Below the pieces are notes generated by a model. It was not told where the DNA came from, made no database searches, and saw only the letters and a program-made list of their open reading frames with translations. The position numbers and the translations under genes are program-made. 64,000 nt of DNA from a virus. Below, piece after piece: positions 59,227-64,000 of this stretch. Position 1 is the first letter of the stretch. Each line of letters opens with the position of its first letter. The DNA lies in the IMG/VR virus record IMGVR_UViG_3300022890_000011, positions 102,602 through 166,601 of that record; one strand, given 5' to 3'.

Positions 59227-59604
59227 TCATACTAATAATGCCATTTTATTTATTTCGAGTAAACGATTAATGTTTTTCTCTGAAATACGTATTTGATGAT
59301 AACAACCACCACTTTTTTCAAGTTGACTAGTTGTTTTAAAACCATATTCTTCTAATAATTCAAATTTACTTAGCAATTCATCATATTCTTCTTTTATATC
59401 ATATTCATTAAAATTAAGAGCATAACCTACATATAAATCATCAGGGCCATTTATGACAAATGAATATGAACTATCAATGTGAAGATATGATTTACTATCA
59501 CTAAATATTTTATCAATAATTTTTTTCACTAATCTTGATTTATCATGAAATGTTGTTCCTTTATCTGGATTGATATGATCTTCATATGTTTTAATATATT
59601 TCAT
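59227..59604 (-). CDS. MKYIKTYE...INKMALLV tagged protein
   Basis: Both tags. Confidence 0.7.
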   Translation of the reverse strand: MKYIKTYEDHINPDKGTTFHDKSRLVKKIIDKIFSDSKSYLHIDSSYSFVINGPDDLYVGYALNFNEYDIKEEYDELLSKFELLEEYGFKTTSQLEKSGGCYHQIRISEKNINRLLEINKMALLV

Positions 59605-60530
59605 TATTTTTGATTTTGTATATCTTGTACAATCTGTACAATTTTATCTTTATTTATTGCAAAACCACCTTGATTTTTATCTGTCTTTAATTTAATTGAA
59701 CCTTGTGCAACTCCTTCTTGATCTTGAACAACTTGTGCTGTATTTTCATCACCGTCTTTTTTAGTATATTTAATTTTTTGACCTGATTTATATTCTTTTT
59801 GTGTTTGTGTATCTTCGTTTTTATTTTTAATCATACCTTGTAATTCTTTAGCTGATTGTTGATATTCTTTTTCAATTTTAGCTCTAGCTTCTTGTACTTT
59901 CAATAGAGTTTCTTTATTACCTGTAGATTTATAATATTCTTCTTTTTTCATAAAAGTGTAATCTTGAAATTCTAGTTTCTTTGTAGTTACATATTTTTGT
60001 AGAGTTTTTGAAGGATTTTTCTCATTTAATCTTTTACCTACTTCTTCGATTTGTGTAATTGCGTCTTTTATGACTTTATTAACCTGATCTGTATATAATT
60101 TGTCAAGTTTTTGAATAGAATCTGCATCATTTTGACTTAAATCTGTTTGAGTTTGAGTTTCTTCCTGTTCTTTTATATAAGAAACATTTTCTTGTTTAAC
60201 TGCTGTTTGTGGTTGTGTTTGTGGTTGTGTTTGTGGTTGTTTTTTGTTTGTTTGTACTGGTATTTTACCCTCAGGAGTTTCAACTTGTTCCATTCCTTGT
60301 TTAACATTGGATTTAGATGCTTTAAATTGTTTTGAAGACTCAGCCCATTTATTAAATAGTGTTTCTATATTTGCTCTGTAAGTATCATATACCTTATCTA
60401 CTTCTTGACTGCCTTTAATATTTTTCCCAATCTTGTCTAACCAATTGAATAATTTTTTGAAGATGCCTTCATTTAGTTGATCTTTATCGTAGCCATTCTT
60501 TTCTAGGAATTTATTATACTTTGTAATCAT
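59604..60530 (-). CDS. Gln/Lys-rich protein with MITKYNKFLE leader (putative head internal protein)
   Basis: Leader, LNE-G site, QPQT repeats, SH3-like C-terminus. Confidence 0.65.
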   Translation of the reverse strand: MITKYNKFLEKNGYDKDQLNEGIFKKLFNWLDKIGKNIKGSQEVDKVYDTYRANIETLFNKWAESSKQFKASKSNVKQGMEQVETPEGKIPVQTNKKQPQTQPQTQPQTAVKQENVSYIKEQEETQTQTDLSQNDADSIQKLDKLYTDQVNKVIKDAITQIEEVGKRLNEKNPSKTLQKYVTTKKLEFQDYTFMKKEEYYKSTGNKETLLKVQEARAKIEKEYQQSAKELQGMIKNKNEDTQTQKEYKSGQKIKYTKKDGDENTAQVVQDQEGVAQGSIKLKTDKNQGGFAINKDKIVQIVQDIQNQK

Positions 60531-60575
60531 CGCATAGATTTTTCTTTTATATATTTAATTTTGTTATTGAAAAAA

Positions 60576-61347
60576 AATTAATCTTTAGAAAATTTTTAAT
60601 ATATAAGATATATGGAAAAATATCTTGAATTCATATCAGAAAGTAGATATAAGACACATGGTCTAAATACGATAAAAAGACAGTTGAAAAGAATTCTAGG
60701 TTTTATGTTGGCTAAATATAAAATTCACTATAATTATGATACAGATGATTTTGGTATTTATTTTACAAAAATTGATATGAAAACTAAAAATCTTTTAATT
60801 CTTACTTGTGAAACAATAGGCTATTTTCCATCTATTTTTGAAGTAGATGATGATGTACAAAAACCTAATTCAATAAAAACCATTGATGATTTTATTGAAT
60901 TTGTAAAAGAATATGAAATACCACAAAACTACAAAATAATATATTTTCAATTCGAATCATGGTTAGATAATTCTGTACAAACACCAGAGTTATTATATCA
61001 TGTTTGTAGATTAATTAGTATTGATAAAATAAATAGATATGGTCTTTATCCAAAGGCTAAACATAAAATATCATATCACCCAGATAGAGTGTATTTTACA
61101 TCATCTTTAATAGATGCTAAAAATATCATAGAACAATTTAAAAATATTAATAATATTGATTATTCAATTGTCGAAATTGATATTAGTAAAAATGATTTTA
61201 ATGATGTACCTGTCCATAAAAATTTATTAGTTAGAAAAGACCCAAATTTTGAATCAGGTTATTATACTTGTCAAAATATACCACCATCATGGATTTCAAA
61301 AATAATTAATCTTTAGAAAATTTTTAATATATAAGATATATGGAAAA
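60576..61347 (+). repeat. Perfect 44-bp direct repeat 60576-60619 / 61304-61347
   Basis: aattaatctttagaaaatttttaatatataagatatatggaaaa in both copies. Confidence 0.92.
60612..61316 (+). CDS. Putative ADP-ribosyltransferase-fold protein with MEKYLEFISE leader
   Basis: LYHV...I.RYGL.PK...HPDRVYFT...DP...GYYT.QNIPP. Confidence 0.6.
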   Translation: MEKYLEFISESRYKTHGLNTIKRQLKRILGFMLAKYKIHYNYDTDDFGIYFTKIDMKTKNLLILTCETIGYFPSIFEVDDDVQKPNSIKTIDDFIEFVKEYEIPQNYKIIYFQFESWLDNSVQTPELLYHVCRLISIDKINRYGLYPKAKHKISYHPDRVYFTSSLIDAKNIIEQFKNINNIDYSIVEIDISKNDFNDVPVHKNLLVRKDPNFESGYYTCQNIPPSWISKIINL

Positions 61348-61618
61348 GGTATATATAAACATAGGAACGAAAGATGAGCCAAATTTCAAAAAGGGAAAAA
61401 TTATAAACTTCAATAATATCAATAAAATATGCGATGTTCAGATAATGCTCGACAATAAATCGTATGCTAAGGATGATAATGGAATTTTATTATTTACTGT
61501 GTCATTAGATATGATAACTGAAGAAAAGCCAAAAATTTTGAGGAAAGTGTTAATTAGAGAACCTAGACCAATAGAAGATAGAATAGACATTGATAAATTG
61601 TTAAAAGAATTAGAATAA
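61340..61618 (+). CDS. Hypothetical protein
   Basis: ORF. Confidence 0.6.
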   Translation: MEKVYINIGTKDEPNFKKGKIINFNNINKICDVQIMLDNKSYAKDDNGILLFTVSLDMITEEKPKILRKVLIREPRPIEDRIDIDKLLKELE

Positions 61619-61724
61619 TTTTTTTATTTTGAACAAATTTATTATATTTAAAAACTTTTACAATAAATCACTTTATAAAAGTAACTACACAAATTTAAAT
61701 TCAAAACAAAATAATTTTAAAAAT

Positions 61725-62255
61725 ATGAAATGGTACACTTTACGGGTCGCTACCGGGAAAGAGCGAAAGTTAAAAGAAATAATAGAAAAAGAAATTGCTA
61801 ATCATGGTTTAGACAAATACTTCGGTCAAGCACTTATTCCAAAAGAGAAAATATACAAAATAAAAAATGGTAAAAGAGTTAAGTTTGAAAGAGCTTATTT
61901 ACCTGGATATGTTTTAATTGAAGCCAATCTTATTGGAGAATTACCACATCTTATTAAAAATATTAAATATGTTAGTGGTTTTTTAGGTGGTGATAAACCA
62001 ACACCATTAAGAGAATCTGAAGTTAATAGAATTTTAGGTAAGATGGACGAATTAGAAGAATCAGAAGATGTAATGGATAATATTTTTACAGTTGGGGAAA
62101 AAGTACGTATAATTAATGGCCCTTTTAATTCCTTTATAGGAGAGGTAAAGAAAGTCGATGAGCCAAAACAGAGAATTATATTGGATGTAAAGGTGTTCAA
62201 TAGAAGTACACCTGTAGAGATTAAATTTAATCAGGTTGATAGAAATTTAGGTTAA
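61725..62255 (+). CDS. nusG: Transcription termination/antitermination factor NusG
   Basis: KWYTLRV..G.E, LPGYVLIE, V.GFLG, GE.V.I..GPF..F.G KOW motif; start ATG 61725. Confidence 0.95.
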   Translation: MKWYTLRVATGKERKLKEIIEKEIANHGLDKYFGQALIPKEKIYKIKNGKRVKFERAYLPGYVLIEANLIGELPHLIKNIKYVSGFLGGDKPTPLRESEVNRILGKMDELEESEDVMDNIFTVGEKVRIINGPFNSFIGEVKKVDEPKQRIILDVKVFNRSTPVEIKFNQVDRNLG

Positions 62256-62706
62256 ATTCTTCAATTTCTTAAGAGTATTTTCATCATATTTAATCCTTAA
62301 TAACTCAATATTGTTATCTTTACAGTATTGAGTTTTTATTTGATCATTAATTTGTGTTTTACGAAAACCTTCTTCACCATCGAAGAATTCAATTGGTTTA
62401 AAATGTTGTATACCATCATATTCAATGCAAAGATTTAAATTTGGTATGTAGAAATCAAAATGTAGAGGATTAGTATTTCTACAATTATCAAATGTTTTCT
62501 GTGGTATATCTTTTTTTAATACGGCTTCGCCTCCCTCAGTTACTCGAATATAATATTATTTTCAACTAGATATTTATCTATAATTAATTCTCCTTTGCTT
62601 GAATTACATTTTGGACAACCAGAACCTTTTAAATGATTATTTGGTGTTTGTTCAAAAACACCATGTTTAGTACATATAATTTTAACTTTTGTTATATTAT
62701 TTTTAT
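62247..62706 (-). pseudogene. Zinc-finger (DUF723-like) plus PD-(D/E)XK/Vsr-like homing endonuclease, disrupted
   Basis: KVKIICTKHGVFEQTPNNHLKGSGCPKC..SKGE...FDFYIP...CIEYDGIQHF; about 40-bp insert at 62510-62550; cut by the IS at 62706. Confidence 0.75.
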
Positions 62707-63999
62707 ATATTTGTTAGTGTAAAACACACAAGTCTTTAGCTTGTGTGATGTAAGCGATTAAAATGGTAAAAAAACCATTATATTTTAATTATATATACTT
62801 ACAGAAGAAAAAAGTTTTTTGTAAAAAATGTTAAAATCATATAAATATAGATTATATCCAAATCAAGATCAAAAAGAATTAATGTCAAAAATTTTTGGTC
62901 AAGTAAGATTTGTATATAACCTTGGTTTAGAAACAAAAACATTAGCATATGTTGGAAATAAAACCAATTATACTTGTTTTGATTTAAATAAACAAATAAC
63001 TGAACTTAAAAAAACAGATGCCCCTTGGCTTAAAGAAAGTCCATCACAGGCATTACAAATGTCTATGAGAAACCTGGATAATGCTTATACAAATTTTTTT
63101 AAAGGTGCCGGGTTTCCTAAATTCAAGTCAAAATATACAAAACAATCATTCCAATTACCACAAGGTGTATTTTTAAGTGAAAATAATAAACAAATTTATA
63201 TACCTAAACTAAAACTGGTTGATATTGATTTACACAGAGAATTTAAAGGTGACATAAAGACAATAACAGTAAGCAAAACAACAACAAACAAATATTATAT
63301 CAGCATTTTAGTTGATAATAAAAAAGAATTACCTGAAAAGAAACCAATTAAATTAGAAACAACAGTTGGAATTGATTTGGGTATTAAAGATTTTGCTATC
63401 ACTTCAGATGGAAAGAAATTCAAGAACCACGATTTCTTTAAATCTTCAATGAAAAAGTTAAGGGTGGAACAGCGATCCCTTAGTAGAAAACAAAAAGGAT
63501 CAAACCATTACAACAAACAAAAATTAAAGGTTGCCTTGTTACACGAACACACTAGAAACCAACGAAAAGATTATTTACATAAAATAAGTAAATATTTGGT
63601 AGATAATTATGACACAATTTGTATCGAAAATCTTGGTGTAAGTAATATGGTTAAAAACCATAACCTTGCTCGTGCTATAAGTGATATGGGTTGGGGTGAA
63701 TTTAAATCAATGGTTGATTATAAATGTGAATGGTATGGTAAAAATTTAAGTATAATTGGTAGATTTGATCCATCAAGCAAAACATGCTCTAATTGTGGTT
63801 CAATCAATAAAGAATTGACTTTGAAAGATAGGGAATGGATTTGCTCTAAATGTGGAATAGAACATGACAGGGATATAAATGCTGCAATAAATATAAGAAA
63901 TTTTGGGTTGAGGAACCAACCCAGCGTCACCCAAAGTGAATGGTTACATTGTGCTTGTGGCGTAGAAACACATCAGTCTTTAGCTGATGTGTAGTTCAT
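62707..63999 (+). mobile_element. Non-autonomous IS200/IS605-family (tnpB-only) element B inserted 3' of TTTAT
   Basis: Left hairpin cacacaag-tctttag-cttgtgtg (62725-62747); right hairpin acacatcag-tctttag-ctgatgtgt (63968-63992); ends in ttcat. Confidence 0.85.
62828..63994 (+). CDS. tnpB: TnpB RNA-guided endonuclease, intact
   Basis: [30 protein letters not shown]...[16 protein letters not shown]. Confidence 0.95.
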   Translation: MLKSYKYRLYPNQDQKELMSKIFGQVRFVYNLGLETKTLAYVGNKTNYTCFDLNKQITELKKTDAPWLKESPSQALQMSMRNLDNAYTNFFKGAGFPKFKSKYTKQSFQLPQGVFLSENNKQIYIPKLKLVDIDLHREFKGDIKTITVSKTTTNKYYISILVDNKKELPEKKPIKLETTVGIDLGIKDFAITSDGKKFKNHDFFKSSMKKLRVEQRSLSRKQKGSNHYNKQKLKVALLHEHTRNQRKDYLHKISKYLVDNYDTICIENLGVSNMVKNHNLARAISDMGWGEFKSMVDYKCEWYGKNLSIIGRFDPSSKTCSNCGSINKELTLKDREWICSKCGIEHDRDINAAINIRNFGLRNQPSVTQSEWLHCACGVETHQSLADV

Positions 64000-64000
64000 A

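Noticed and set aside
60205-60241. 12-bp tandem repeat tgtttgtggt
   Set aside because: It encodes a QPQT low-complexity linker within a CDS.
62302-62337. nusG terminator hairpin
   Set aside because: Plausible stem with a T run, but it lies inside the antisense endonuclease coding sequence and could be fortuitous, so it is not listed as a feature.
1-64000. CRISPR array
   Set aside because: No series of identical repeats with unique spacers. The direct repeats occur only as pairs around single genes.
1-64000. Window-wide TAG recoding (genetic code 15)
   Set aside because: Long conserved genes are uninterrupted in code 11, several end properly at TAG, and the internal stops found are TAA.

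Overview
A very AT-rich, gene-dense 64 kb segment that looks like part of a jumbo/huge phage genome. The host is probably Bacteroidota, judging from the host-like PyrG, ClpC, ClpP, NusG and SiaC/DUF1987 genes, the lipoprotein leaders and the A-rich starts without Shine-Dalgarno sites. It contains a proteolysis set (ClpC lacking its N-domain, ClpP, a soluble AAA+/M41 fusion, a rhomboid, two UVR-tailed proteins) and a radical SAM/SPASM enzyme. It also has three tail-fibre-like genes, RNA/DNA ligases, two metallophosphoesterases, two ART-fold paralogues, a DNA adenine MTase, homing endonucleases, two TnpB-only IS200/IS605-type elements plus an orphan 3' fragment, and one tRNA that folds best with a CUA (amber) anticodon. 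The most striking feature is that unrelated proteins share short terminal peptide tags. These are (1) N-terminal MKIRxGFVSNSSSSS(F/Y) on 5 proteins, possibly substrates of the radical SAM; (2) N-terminal MKY/HLKxY/FxE, resembling the T4 capsid-targeting sequence; (3) C-terminal (E/N)xxK(M/L)GL(L/I) on about 14 proteins; and (4) an RKxKLxR(V/I) tail. Four single genes are each flanked by 27-45 bp direct repeats of host-locus gene ends or promoters, suggesting a cassette-insertion process. Several single-base frameshifts may be assembly errors. Everything here was read by eye; no database searches were run.
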